This document shows positions 9,321-19,590 of a stretch of DNA of 64,000 nt, in pieces. The notes under the pieces were generated by a model. That model worked only from the letters and a program-made list of their open reading frames with translations. It did not search any database and was not told the origin of the DNA. Positions within the stretch are counted from its first letter, which is position 1. The number at the start of each line of letters is the position of its first letter. The position numbers and the translations under genes were made by a program. The stretch is from NCBI GenBank assembly GCA_965214605.1, contig OZ243961.1:576001-640000 (forward strand), written 5' to 3'. The DNA is from an uncultured Candidatus Binatia bacterium (GTDB lineage Bacteria > Desulfobacterota > Binatia > Bin18).

Positions 9321-10526
9321 ATGTCAGGAAAGAAAAACAAGGCGGGACGCCGCAAGAGTGCACAAGCGGCGATCAGCCCAGCAGCCCTGCCCTTAGCAAC
9401 CGGTCCGCTGATGCTGACACGTATCCTAGCCCTTCTGGGCCTGGGGGTCAGTGCCTATCTGTCTGTGGTGCATTATCAGGCCGAGGCCGAGGATTTAGTG
9501 ACCTCCCATTTTTGCCAGGCTGGGTCGGTCATCGACTGTACCTCGGTGCTCAACAGCTCATATGCCACCTTATTTGATCTCCCGGTGGCCCTCTGGGCTA
9601 TTGGAGCCTACATTATCACGCTCGTCCTGACTTTTACCCCCCAGGCGCTCGCCCTGCTTTTTGTGTGTTCATGGCTGTTTGTGTTTGGCCTGTACATGGC
9701 CGCTGTCTCGTTCTTCGCCCTCCAGTCGGTGTGTCTGTTCTGCACGGCACTGTATCTGATCAATATCGGGCTGTTTGTCAGCGCCATCATCTTGGTGCGC
9801 TCCTCTGCCGACTTCGAGCTGAGTCGGTTTGCCTTTGGCCTGCTCGGCTGCGTCATTGTAACCGCTGGGATTGGCTTGTGGCAAAACCAACAAGCTCACC
9901 TCACGCCGCTCGATTTTAGGGCGCCGAGCGCCGAACGCATGGATAGGAGTTTTGTGCAGTTTTACAACGAACAACGCGAGGTGGCGGTCCAAAACCAAGA
10001 GCGCTATGTCAAGGGCGCTCAGGACGCGTCGCTGCGCATTACCGAGTTTGTCGATTTCCGGTGCCCCAGCTGCGCCGTGGCCCATGACTACCTGACCTAT
10101 CTGCGTGCGGCCAACAAGGGCGAGGTCCGCGTGGTCTTTCACCACTACCCGCTCGACCAGGCCTGTAACCCTATTGCTCAACAAGTCCATCCCTCGTCTT
10201 GCGCTGCAGCCATTGCCTCGGAGTGCGCCGGCGACCAAGACGCGTTTTGGGCCTATGCCGATCGCCTGTTCGCCAACCAAAAACGCTTCAGTCGCGCGGA
10301 GCTAGTCGATCACGCCGAGGCGCTGGATCTGGACCGTGAGCGGTTCGAGTCCTGCCTCGGAGACACTCGTATGGCAGATCGGGTGCGCCGAGATGTTGAA
10401 GAGGGACAGCGGCTTGGAATCAGCGCCACGCCGACCCTCATCATCAACGGGCGCGTGATCGAGGGACTGCCGCCGCCGAAAAAGCTGGCGACCCTGGTAA
10501 CGCTGCAGCAGCAGCAGAATCGGTAA
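9321..10526 (+). CDS. vitamin K epoxide reductase (VKOR)-DsbA fusion
   Basis: VKOR cysteines (CQAGSVIDC, CLFC) with TM helices, then DFRCPSC and ISATPTLIING. Confidence 0.88.
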   Translation: MSGKKNKAGRRKSAQAAISPAALPLATGPLMLTRILALLGLGVSAYLSVVHYQAEAEDLVTSHFCQAGSVIDCTSVLNSSYATLFDLPVALWAIGAYIITLVLTFTPQALALLFVCSWLFVFGLYMAAVSFFALQSVCLFCTALYLINIGLFVSAIILVRSSADFELSRFAFGLLGCVIVTAGIGLWQNQQAHLTPLDFRAPSAERMDRSFVQFYNEQREVAVQNQERYVKGAQDASLRITEFVDFRCPSCAVAHDYLTYLRAANKGEVRVVFHHYPLDQACNPIAQQVHPSSCAAAIASECAGDQDAFWAYADRLFANQKRFSRAELVDHAEALDLDRERFESCLGDTRMADRVRRDVEEGQRLGISATPTLIINGRVIEGLPPPKKLATLVTLQQQQNR

Positions 10527-10591
10527 AGGCAGACCTGAGTCCCTGAGTTCAGCCGCAGAGCTTATGCACTGCCCATCAGACTCTGACTCGT

Positions 10592-11266
10592 TTAGCCAAC
10601 GATAATATGCTCCTTAGTAATAATCACCGGCAGCTTGCCGGCCGCGATAAAATTCGGCTCGTCAGCCCGGGTTCGCTCGTATTCGGGGGTCGTGGCCGAG
10701 AGGCGCATCGCTTGAGTGCTGTCAAACCAAGTGAGGGCCACGCCGTCGTAGATCGGCGTTTTCCCGCTCTTATAAATTGACGGCCGGGTATGACTCTGAA
10801 CGTAGCGTCTAATCACCGGAATGGCAGCCCCAAGCGGACCATGAATCTCGCGCCAGTGGGTCTGAAAGTCCTCAATCGGCATCCCCGGTTTATGGTTCAC
10901 AAACTCGACGTTTTTGACCCCATCGGCCGGAACCGGGCCGTCTTTGATGAGGTGCTCTTCGGTAATAATCGAGCCTTGGCTGTCTCCGTCCATGAAGTTC
11001 GCCTCGTCGCTCTGGACTGCGGCAAGCTCTGATGTACCGACCTGGCGACGCATGACCTCGGTATTGTCGAACCACAGCTCGGCCATGCCGTCGTACACGG
11101 GTTCTCTCTCACGACGGTAGCCGGACAGAATGGTGTGGGACTGAACGTAACGACGAATGCCCGGCAGTTTGACCACGATATCGGCGTGGGTGGTTCGCCA
11201 GTAGGCCTGAAAGTCCTCGACCGGCATACCGGCTTTCCGTTTAAAAAAAGCGATCAGTTTGATCAT
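10592..11266 (-). CDS. tandem EthD-domain protein
   Basis: Two EthD repeats (KRKAGMPVEDFQAYWRTTHA...RRYVQSH...YDG). Start re-assigned to MIKLIAFF, which follows an AGGAGG RBS. Confidence 0.85.
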   Translation of the reverse strand: MIKLIAFFKRKAGMPVEDFQAYWRTTHADIVVKLPGIRRYVQSHTILSGYRREREPVYDGMAELWFDNTEVMRRQVGTSELAAVQSDEANFMDGDSQGSIITEEHLIKDGPVPADGVKNVEFVNHKPGMPIEDFQTHWREIHGPLGAAIPVIRRYVQSHTRPSIYKSGKTPIYDGVALTWFDSTQAMRLSATTPEYERTRADEPNFIAAGKLPVIITKEHIIVG

Positions 11267-11349
11267 ACGTCTTTTCCTCCTACGTCTAGCTATGGCATGC
11301 TGTTGGCCTGGGTCAAGGCACGCGGCGATCCCAAACAGAAGGATACGGC

Positions 11350-12540
11350 ATGGATTTTCAATATTCGTCCGAGCAAGAAGCGTTTCGGAGCGAACTGCGC
11401 GGCTGGCTAGAGGCACACCTCCCCAAAGAGCTGTGCGTTGAGGACGCTATGGATGAGCGGGTCGCGCCCGATCGCCCGACGTTTGAGAAACGCCGGGCCT
11501 GGCAGCGTACGATGTATGAAGCCGGTTGGGTCGGTATTCCGTGGCCCAAAGAGTACGGAGGACGGGGGGCTGGGCTGATGGAGCAAATTGTGTTTGAGGA
11601 GGAGTATACGCGGGCCCAGGCCCCAATCCTGCCCGGTTTCTCGGGGATTGCGCTATGCGGTCCGACCCTTATGCAGTGGGGGACCGAGGCACAGAAAGAG
11701 AAGTTTTTAGCCCGTATCCTGCGCGGTGACGACATCTGGTGTCAGGGATACTCTGAACCCGGGGCTGGTTCCGACCTGGCCAGTCTCCAGACCCGGGCGG
11801 TTGAGGACGGTGATGAGTTTGTGGTCAACGGTCAGAAGGTCTGGACCTCGGGCGCCCAGTATGCAGATTGGATCTTTATGCTGGTCCGAACCAACCCCGA
11901 CGCGCCCAAACATCGGGGCATCAGCTATCTGCTGGTGAATATGAAAACCCCAGGAGTGACGGTTCGGCCCCTGGTGCTGATCAACGGTCATGCCCATTTT
12001 AACGAGATCTTTTTTGAAGACGTGCGGGTGCCCAAAGAAAACCTGGTCGGTCCGCTGAACGAGGGCTGGAAGGTGACCATCACCACCCTGATGTTTGAGC
12101 GCGGTATTGCCGGCGGCGGAAACCAGGGTGACCAGATCAACCGTTTGGCTCAGCTGTCCCGCCGCGTTGACCTCAACGGCCGGCCAGCCTGGGAGCAATC
12201 CTGGGTCCGTGACAAACTGGTCCAGCTCCACATTGAAAATGAGAGCCTCAAATACACCCGTCTGCGCAGTCTGACCAAACAGCTCAAGGGTCAGCCACCC
12301 GGCCCCGAAGGCTCAATGCTCAAGCTATGCAGCTCTGAGCTGGGCGTCAGAATCGCCGAGTTTGCCAGTGAATTATTGGGCCACAACGCGATTGTCGATC
12401 TGCCGTCCAAAGCCGTACCCGATGCACCGCGTTGGGTGAATCGGGTGCTCAGCGCCCGCCAATATACAATTTCGGGCGGGACCAGCGAGATTCAGCGAAA
12501 TATTATGGGAGAACGCGTCTTGGGTCTGCCCAAAGGCTAG
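11350..12540 (+). CDS. acyl-CoA dehydrogenase
   Basis: WCQGYSEPGAGSDLASL, NGQKVWTS, FNEIFFEDVRVP, TISGGTSEIQRN. Confidence 0.95.
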   Translation: MDFQYSSEQEAFRSELRGWLEAHLPKELCVEDAMDERVAPDRPTFEKRRAWQRTMYEAGWVGIPWPKEYGGRGAGLMEQIVFEEEYTRAQAPILPGFSGIALCGPTLMQWGTEAQKEKFLARILRGDDIWCQGYSEPGAGSDLASLQTRAVEDGDEFVVNGQKVWTSGAQYADWIFMLVRTNPDAPKHRGISYLLVNMKTPGVTVRPLVLINGHAHFNEIFFEDVRVPKENLVGPLNEGWKVTITTLMFERGIAGGGNQGDQINRLAQLSRRVDLNGRPAWEQSWVRDKLVQLHIENESLKYTRLRSLTKQLKGQPPGPEGSMLKLCSSELGVRIAEFASELLGHNAIVDLPSKAVPDAPRWVNRVLSARQYTISGGTSEIQRNIMGERVLGLPKG

Positions 12541-13079
12541 CCACGTTTGCGCACCTGCCACTCGCTGCGGAGTACGGCCATCAGCAGCGTGTTATAGTAG
12601 CGGCCCTCAGCACGGCGATTTTCGCGCAGCAGCCCCTCGCGGCGGAAACCCGCCTTTTGATAGGCCCGGATACCGCGCGTGTTACGCTCGTCCACATGCA
12701 GCCAAACTCGGTTCAGGTCCAACTGACCAAAAGCATAGTCAAGCATCAGACCGCTCACCTCTACGCCGTAGCCCTTGCCCATCTCGCCGATGAGCAGGCC
12801 AAAGCTAGCTTTGCGGTTGTCCAAATCGAGTTGATGTAACTCAGTGATGCCGATTAGGCCATCGGTATCGCGGCGCACGACGCCGAGCAGCAGGTCGTGC
12901 CCAGTGCGGTATAGCCGCTCAATACCGTCGGCCACAGCCCTGATATCAACCGCTGGGAAAAAGTCGCCCAGGTGTCGGGTCAGATCCCGGCTCTGCAGCC
13001 AGGGCACGATTTGCTCAGCATCACTGCGCTCCAAAGGACGCAGATACACGCGCCCACCCGTTAGCACGGTTTCCTGCAT
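12537..13079 (-). CDS. GNAT (RimJ/RimL) N-acetyltransferase
   Basis: VYLRPLE, GKGYG, LDYAFGQLDLNRVWLHV, N.RGIRAYQKAGFRREG. Start is uncertain. Confidence 0.88.
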   Translation of the reverse strand: MQETVLTGGRVYLRPLERSDAEQIVPWLQSRDLTRHLGDFFPAVDIRAVADGIERLYRTGHDLLLGVVRRDTDGLIGITELHQLDLDNRKASFGLLIGEMGKGYGVEVSGLMLDYAFGQLDLNRVWLHVDERNTRGIRAYQKAGFRREGLLRENRRAEGRYYNTLLMAVLRSEWQVRKRG

Positions 13080-13214
13080 CCATCCTCCATCAACGCCATT
13101 GGTGATCTCTTCCCAACGTGGTGATCGACTATCAGCGATACTTTTTTGAACCGTCCACATCCTAGCACCGCACCGCTCTTGACGCGAAACCTGAGACCTG
13201 CCAGCATGTGGAGT

Positions 13215-13265
13215 ATGCGTCTACAGTATTCTCTCAATCGACAGGACTGGTGGTGGCTGCCTTAG
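13215..13265 (+). CDS. trpL: trp attenuator leader peptide MRLQYSLNRQDWWWLP
   Basis: GGAGT then ATG, three tandem TGG codons, directly upstream of anthranilate synthase. Confidence 0.85.
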   Translation: MRLQYSLNRQDWWWLP

Positions 13266-13378
13266 CAGGTGGCCCGAACCTTATAGTACTGTCTCTATAC
13301 GGAGCCGCCTTGACCAACGAGGCGGCTTTTCTTTTTTCAAAGACCGTCGCCTCGGGGTTGGGTGACGGTCTTTTTTTG
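13256..13378 (+). promoter_or_regulatory. trp transcription attenuator with two tandem intrinsic terminators
   Basis: GCTGCCT(13256)/AGGTGGC(13267) protector; AGGTGGC/GCCGCCT(13304) antiterminator; AGCCGCCT/AGGCGGCT plus T-tract terminator; second hairpin AGACCGTCGCC/GGTGACGGTCT plus T-tract. Confidence 0.8.
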
Positions 13379-13422
13379 GGTCAAGACCCGGCCAACGGGG
13401 TAGGACGAAGGAGGAAGGATTC

Positions 13423-15603
13423 ATGGCCGACGTAGCTGCTCACATCCCCAGCGTGCACACCTACCGCACCCAGGGTGGGATTGATATTCGTCGCAGCATT
13501 GAAAGTATCCCACTTCAGGACGCTATCGAGCCAATCATTGACGGTCTCAATAGTCAGCGCGGCGTCCTTTTGGCGTCAAGCTATGAGTATCCGGGCCGCT
13601 ATACACGCTGGGACATCGGCTTTGTCAATCCCCCCCTATCCCTGAGCTGTCGACAACGAAAATTTCGGCTGTCGGCCCTAAACGAACGCGGCCAGATTCT
13701 CCTGCCAGGGCTAGCGCGGGCATTTGAGGCCCTGCCCGTACTCGCCTCGTCTGAGCGTAACGAGAGTCACATATCAGGCACGGTTCGGGAGGTGGAGAGC
13801 CGTTTTGCCGAAGAGCAACGCAGCAAACAGCCCTCGATCTTTTCGCTGCTCCGAGCGCTCATTGAGCTGTTTGCGTCGGATGAGGACGCCAATCTTGGGC
13901 TGTATGGCGCCTTTGGCTATGATCTGGCCTTTCAGTTCGAACCCCTGCGCCTTCACCTCACCCGCCCCGAAGAGCAACGCGACCTGGTGTTGTATATTCC
14001 CGATGAACTAATCGTGGTTGACCACCGCCGCGAACAGGCGCTGCGCTATCGCTACGATTTCGAGCTTGACGGGCGCTCCACCTACAATTTGCCCCGGGTT
14101 GGAACGAGCCAACCCTACCAGGGAACAGGTACCGTTGCTCAGGCCTGCGACCATCAACCGGGTGAATACGCCGAAGGCGTTCGGGTGGCCCGCCAAGCAT
14201 TCCAGCGCGGCGACCTGTTTGAGGTCGTGCCGGGTCAGACCTTTTTTGAGGTCTGTCCTACGCCGCCCTCAGAACTGTTTCGACGTCTGCGTGAGCGCAA
14301 TCCATCCCCGTACGGATTTCTGATCAACCTCGGCCAAGCCGAATACCTAGTTGGCGCGTCCCCCGAGATGTACGTCCGGGTGGAGGGCGACCGGGTGGAG
14401 ACCTGCCCGATTTCCGGCACAATCGCCCGCGGTCGGGATCCGATCAACGATGCCAGCCAAATCTTGCGGCTGCTCAACTCCCGCAAAGACGAGTCTGAGC
14501 TGACCATGTGTACAGATGTTGACCGCAACGATAAATCCCGGATCTGTCAACCGGGTAGCGTACGGGTGATTGGGCGGCGACAGATTGAGATGTATTCGCG
14601 ACTGATTCACACGGTCGATCATGTTGAGGGTCGCCTACGGCCCGAGTTTGATGCCCTGGATGCGTTTTTGGCCCACACCTGGGCGGTGACGGTCACCGGT
14701 GCGCCAAAAGCGTGGGCCATGCAGTTTATTGAGGAGCACGAAAAATCACCCCGCGCCTGGTACGGCGGGGCCGTCGGTCTGCTCGGCTTTAATGGCAATA
14801 TGAATACAGGGCTCACCCTGCGTACGATTCGGCTCAAAGACGGCGTGGCCCAAGTCCGAGCCGGGGCCACCCTGTTATACGACTCCAACCCGGACGATGA
14901 AGAACGCGAAACCCATATCAAAGCGTCTGCCTTCTTGGATGCTATTCGTCGCCCGAGTGAAAGCCAAGGCGAGCGGTCGTTGGAAGTCGCTAGCCCAGGC
15001 CGGGGTAAACGGATTCTGCTAGTCGATCATCAAGACTCTTTTGTGCATACCTTGGCCAACTATTTGCGTCAGACCGGGGCCGAGGTCTTGACCCTCCGAG
15101 CCGGTTTTTCGCACCATGAATTTGAGGCCCGGCAACCTGACCTCGTCGTCCTGTCGCCCGGTCCAGGCCAACCGTCGGATTTTGATGTTTCCGGCACTTT
15201 GGCGGCCGTACTTGAACGCCAGCTGCCCGTTTTTGGCGTGTGTCTCGGTTTACAGGGTATTGTCGAGCACTTCGGCGGCGAACTGTCCGTGCTGCCTTAC
15301 CCAATGCATGGCAAAGCGTCAGCCGTGCGGGTGGTGGGCGGACGGATTTTTGAGGGCCTCCCGCGCGAGCTCACGGCAGGCCGCTATCACTCTCTGTTCG
15401 CCCGCAAAGACCGGCTGCCCTCCCAACTCCACATCACCGCGGAGAGCGATGATGGTGTGATCATGGCGGTTGAGCACCGTGAGCTGCCGATTGCCGCTGT
15501 CCAGTTTCATCCCGAGTCTATTTTGACTCTGGATGAAGACTATGGCCTGCGCCTGATGTATAACGTGGTAGTCAGCCTATGCGCCGACGCAGGCCTTCCC
15601 TAG
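13423..15603 (+). CDS. trpE: anthranilate synthase, fused components I+II (TrpE(G))
   Basis: SSYEYPGRYTRWD, NPSPYGF, ETCPISGTI, DVDRND, then a GATase domain (VDHQDSFVHTL, GVCLG, QFHPES). Confidence 0.95.
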   Translation: MADVAAHIPSVHTYRTQGGIDIRRSIESIPLQDAIEPIIDGLNSQRGVLLASSYEYPGRYTRWDIGFVNPPLSLSCRQRKFRLSALNERGQILLPGLARAFEALPVLASSERNESHISGTVREVESRFAEEQRSKQPSIFSLLRALIELFASDEDANLGLYGAFGYDLAFQFEPLRLHLTRPEEQRDLVLYIPDELIVVDHRREQALRYRYDFELDGRSTYNLPRVGTSQPYQGTGTVAQACDHQPGEYAEGVRVARQAFQRGDLFEVVPGQTFFEVCPTPPSELFRRLRERNPSPYGFLINLGQAEYLVGASPEMYVRVEGDRVETCPISGTIARGRDPINDASQILRLLNSRKDESELTMCTDVDRNDKSRICQPGSVRVIGRRQIEMYSRLIHTVDHVEGRLRPEFDALDAFLAHTWAVTVTGAPKAWAMQFIEEHEKSPRAWYGGAVGLLGFNGNMNTGLTLRTIRLKDGVAQVRAGATLLYDSNPDDEERETHIKASAFLDAIRRPSESQGERSLEVASPGRGKRILLVDHQDSFVHTLANYLRQTGAEVLTLRAGFSHHEFEARQPDLVVLSPGPGQPSDFDVSGTLAAVLERQLPVFGVCLGLQGIVEHFGGELSVLPYPMHGKASAVRVVGGRIFEGLPRELTAGRYHSLFARKDRLPSQLHITAESDDGVIMAVEHRELPIAAVQFHPESILTLDEDYGLRLMYNVVVSLCADAGLP

Positions 15604-15719
15604 CAGACGCCCCACAGTCGCGTCGCTGGGCAGAGGCAGGCCGCACGGATTGCCAGGCGACCCGACTCACTCCGGCTCGGTCACCGGGGTCCAGGCAGCC
15701 ACTCCCGGCACCGCAACGA
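15512..15719 (+). repeat. 208-bp imperfect direct repeat, left copy (trpEG 3' end + intergenic + decayed MFS 3' end)
   Basis: Aligns over the same length with 19591-19798. Confidence 0.85.
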
Positions 15720-16230
15720 GCAGGTCCCAGAATGCGGCTGGTTCGTCGAGGTCGAAAATCAGTGGGGGAATGCTGGGGCCGTGGCGGTGGATGTGCCACT
15801 CCAAACCGGTGGTAAAAGCGATACGGGCATCGAACCCGGTGGTTTCCCTGATGATTTGAGCCGCGTGTTTCGTGTCGCTGAGGTTGCCTGACGGCTGACA
15901 CCTCAGCAGTATGGCCGGTGTGCCGCCGGAGTATAGTGTGTAACTTCCCGGGTGCTCTGGCGACGGTTCGCGATGCGCAGCGGTGAATCCAATGGCGTCC
16001 AGTATGGGATTGATGACGGCTTCTTGGGTGATGCCTGTCGAACGTTGCAGGTTGATGTCGCGCTGAGCGGCGGCGTTCTGGGCGTCGGCGATGGTCTGAG
16101 TCAGTGCCGCGCGGTGCGCTTCGGCGCGATGCTTCGCATCGTCTTGATGGTGTGATCTTCGTGCATTGTCCCTTTTGCTCCTTCGCTTCCAGTGGACTCG
16201 TGATGTAGTAGTGACGCCGGCAGTCCTGCC
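15667..16230 (-). pseudogene. start-less gene fragment resembling an HsdR-N/PD-(D/E)XK-like domain
   Basis: Open minus frame ...TQEAVINPILDAIGF...YTLYSGGTPAILLRC...AFTTGLEWHIH...FWDLL, running in frame into the decayed MFS tail. No start codon seen. Confidence 0.35.
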
Positions 16231-17001
16231 GTATCACAGGCGCATAACGATTCGCAAAAATCCCAGGCGCCGATTCTGTGCTTGCGCTCCGATCGGCGCC
16301 GGCTTGATACCTTCCCTTGGGGTCGGCGACTCTTTGCCTTCGTCTTGCTCTTGTGCTGTTCTGAGCAGCGGAATCGCCTGATTCTATGGTTGCCGGTACC
16401 GGGGGATGGTACAGTTTTGGCCGCGGCAGGACGGGCAAGTCGAAGGCTGGGGCGGTCTGTCTGTCCTGCCGGGTCTGTCGGTTGCGCTCTCTTTGCCAAT
16501 ATCCGTAGCAGATCCGTCGTTGGCAGACTGCGCAGCGTGGGCCGGCTGGGTCGGCATGGTCGGCTATTGGGGCAGGTGTGGCAGATGATGATGTCGTCGG
16601 CTATATGTCCTCTCTGGTAGGGCTGTGCAAAGGCTATCCGGGTCATGCAGTGTGTGGACGAATTGAGTGCGAGCTTCGGAAACGGTTTTCGTTTGGCTCG
16701 CGGCGGCACGGCAGTTGCTCTGGTTTACGGAGGGCGGGATTGCGTGCTCCCGGGATGGCGTCACGCGGGGATTGCATCCCCCTCTCATCTCCAGCTAGTA
16801 TCCGCAACAGGGGGGCATCGCCCATGCCCAAGAGGTTTGAGGACACGACGAGATCCATGATCCGCCCCGTGCAGACGTCAAAATCAATGAACCTGAACTT
16901 GGTGCGCCGGCCTGTTCCGGCAACTCAACGCGCAGCAACCGCTCAGCGTTTCGCACGGCAAACAGCGCAGCAACCTGCGCGCTAGGACGGAGAGAACGAC
17001 C

Positions 17002-17847
17002 ATGAGCGCTACACTGAGCCCCGCAGAACGCGCCCGCTTTCTCCAGGCGCTGAAGGAGGACTCCGACTTCCGCGAGGCGGTACGCCAGCACCTCCTGAGC
17101 GACGCACTGCTGGAACTGCCGGAAAAATTCGCCCAGTTCGCCGCCTACGTCAACGAATTTATCGCCAACACCAACGAATTTATCGCCAACACCAACAAAT
17201 TTATCGCCGACCAAAAGGCATTCAATACCCGCACCGAAGAACGCCTGGACCGGATTGACGACCGTCTGGACCGTGTTGAAGGCCGTCTGGACCGTGTTGA
17301 AGGCCGTCTGGACCGTGTTGAAGGCCGTCTGGACCGTGTTGAAGGCCGTCTGGACCGGATTGACAACCATCTGGACCGGATTGACAACCGGCTGGACCGG
17401 ATTGACGACAGCATCGGCATCCTGAAAGGCAACGCAGCGCGACGTCTGCTCAGAGATCACCTCGAAGGCGTCCTAGAACTCGTAGGCGTAGAGGATTTCG
17501 TAAGAATCCTGTCCAGCAGCGACCTGATTCGCCTGATGCGCACCTCAGGCATGGCTCGCGAGATACCCTACGGAGAACGGCGGAGTTTCTATGCCGCCGA
17601 TCTGGTCATCGAAGCCGCCGACGCAACGGGTGCCCCCTGTTATATCACGGCCGAGGGGTCCTTCACCGCGGATAAGCGGGACAGCAGCCGGGCGATTCGG
17701 AATGCCGCATTCCTGACCCGGCTTACCGGCCACCCGGCCTCCCCTGTCGTTGCCAGCATGAGGAACGACTACGAAGTGCAAGAGCTGGTCAATCAGGAAA
17801 CCATCCGCTGGTTCCAGCTGGACGAGCGGGACCTCGAAGCGGATTAG
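17002..17847 (+). CDS. coiled-coil heptad-repeat protein with C-terminal PD-(D/E)XK-like domain, copy 1
   Basis: 3x (E/K)FIANTN-type and 8x RLDR(V/I)(E/D)(G/N/D) heptads; C-terminal ADLVIEA...ITAEGSFTADKRD..RA. Confidence 0.75.
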   Translation: MSATLSPAERARFLQALKEDSDFREAVRQHLLSDALLELPEKFAQFAAYVNEFIANTNEFIANTNKFIADQKAFNTRTEERLDRIDDRLDRVEGRLDRVEGRLDRVEGRLDRVEGRLDRIDNHLDRIDNRLDRIDDSIGILKGNAARRLLRDHLEGVLELVGVEDFVRILSSSDLIRLMRTSGMAREIPYGERRSFYAADLVIEAADATGAPCYITAEGSFTADKRDSSRAIRNAAFLTRLTGHPASPVVASMRNDYEVQELVNQETIRWFQLDERDLEAD

Positions 17848-18240
17848 GACGTGATACGATCGCCGTGCCGCGGCCAGCCAAATTCCAGCAAGTGCTTATA
17901 GCACCGGTTCGCTTTGGCCAGCGGTTTTCGTTTGGCTCGCGGCGGCACGGCAGTTGCTCTGGTTTACGGAGGGCGGGATTGCGTGCTCCCGGGATGGCGT
18001 CACGCGGGGATTGCATCCCCCTCTCATCTCCAGCTAGTATCCGCAACAGGGGGGCATCGCCCATGCCCAAGAGGTTTGAGGACACGACGAGATCCATGAT
18101 CCGCCCCGTGCAGACGTCAAAATCAATGAACCTGAACTTGGTGCGCCGGCCTGTTCCGGCAACTCAACGCGCAGCAACCGCTCAGCGTTTCGCACGGCAA
18201 ACAGCGCAGCAACCTGCGCGCTAGGACGGAGAGAACGACC

Positions 18241-19002
18241 ATGAGCGCTACACTGAGCCCCGCAGAACGCGCCCGCTTTCTCCAGGCGCTGAAGGAGGAC
18301 TCCGACTTCCGCGAGGCGGTACGCCAGCACCTCCTGAGCGACGCACTGCTGGAACTGCCGGAAAAATTCGCCCAGTTCGCCGCCTACGTCAACGAATTTA
18401 TCGCCAACACCAACGAATTTATCGCCAACACCAACAAATTTATCGCCAACACCAACAAATTTATCGCCAACACCAACAAATTTATCGCCAACACCAACGA
18501 ATTTATCGCCGACCAAAAGGTCTTCAATGCCCGCACCGAAGAACGCCTAGACCGGATTGACGACAACATCGGCATCCTGAAAGGCAACGCAGCGCGACGT
18601 CTGCTCAGAGATCACCTCGAAGGCGTCCTAGAACTCGTAGGCGTAGAGGATTTCGTAAGAATCCTGTCCAGCAGCGACCTGATTCGCCTGATGCGCACCT
18701 CAGGCATGGCTCGCGAGATACCCTACGGAGAACGGCGGAGTTTCTATGCCGCCGATCTGGTCATCGAAGCCGCCGACGCAACGGGTGCCCCCTGTTATAT
18801 CACGGCCGAGGGGTCCTTCACCGCGGATAAGCGGGACAGCAGCCGGGCGATTCGGAATGCCGCATTCCTGACCCGGCTTACCGGCCACCCGGCCTCCCCT
18901 GTCGTTGCCAGCATGAGGAACGACTACGAAGTGCAAGAGCTGGTCAATCAGGAAACCATCCGCTGGTTCCAGCTGGACGAGCGGGACCTCGAAGCGGATT
19001 AG
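18241..19002 (+). CDS. coiled-coil heptad-repeat protein with C-terminal PD-(D/E)XK-like domain, copy 2
   Basis: 6x FIANTN-type and 1x RLDRIDD heptads; the rest is essentially identical to copy 1. Confidence 0.75.
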   Translation: MSATLSPAERARFLQALKEDSDFREAVRQHLLSDALLELPEKFAQFAAYVNEFIANTNEFIANTNKFIANTNKFIANTNKFIANTNEFIADQKVFNARTEERLDRIDDNIGILKGNAARRLLRDHLEGVLELVGVEDFVRILSSSDLIRLMRTSGMAREIPYGERRSFYAADLVIEAADATGAPCYITAEGSFTADKRDSSRAIRNAAFLTRLTGHPASPVVASMRNDYEVQELVNQETIRWFQLDERDLEAD

Positions 19003-19590
19003 GACGTGATACGACCGCCGTGCCACCGCATATTTGCCGGCTGGCGCCACCACCGGACAAGTGAGCGGTGCCAGCCGTTCCCGAAACGGCCGCGCAGTTG
19101 CCGGAACCACCCCTGCGATTTCGCGGGTGTCTCAAATAATCAGACTGAATTTCAGGAGACATCACTATTCAGCGCTGAGTCGCGAGGTCTAGCCCGTAGC
19201 GTTCCGCTGATTGTGCCGTCGGGAGACTGCTCGGCCGGGGAGGCGCTGGCGAGCTGTGGTTCGGGGAGGCTGTCGCCATCGGCGAACATCCAGACCACAT
19301 CAATGGGGTAGGCGTTGTTGGTGAGTACCACGTTGCGCAACGCCGTCTTGAGGTCCTCGGGCACCATATCGCGGCGTCCGTGCTGATAGGGGCGCCGGGA
19401 TGAGAGCCGGGGCCGCCTACTGTGGCGTGTGTCCTTGTTTGGGGACGACGAGGAGTGTCGGGGGGAGAGGCGTGGAGTGCCTGTGGGCAAAATCTCTCGC
19501 TTTGATGCCGGGGGGGCCGGCGGGCTGCCCCGTTTGGGTGGCTGGGGACTGCCCGCGGACTGCCGGGCCGGCGATTAGGTGATGAGCCCG

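Larger units (their letters stand above)
16683..19024 (+). repeat. tandem duplication, units 16683-17869 and 17922-19024
   Basis: Near-identical ~320-bp upstream region plus gene in each unit. The 84-bp length difference equals the difference in internal repeat copy number. Confidence 0.95.

Noticed and set aside
17150-17410. 21-bp tandem repeats as a second CRISPR array
   Set aside because: No spacers; these are in-frame coding heptad repeats.
17753-17764. 11-nt match (CAGCATGAGGA) of the amplified spacer in the duplicated genes
   Set aside because: Short, PAM-distal only and compatible with chance.
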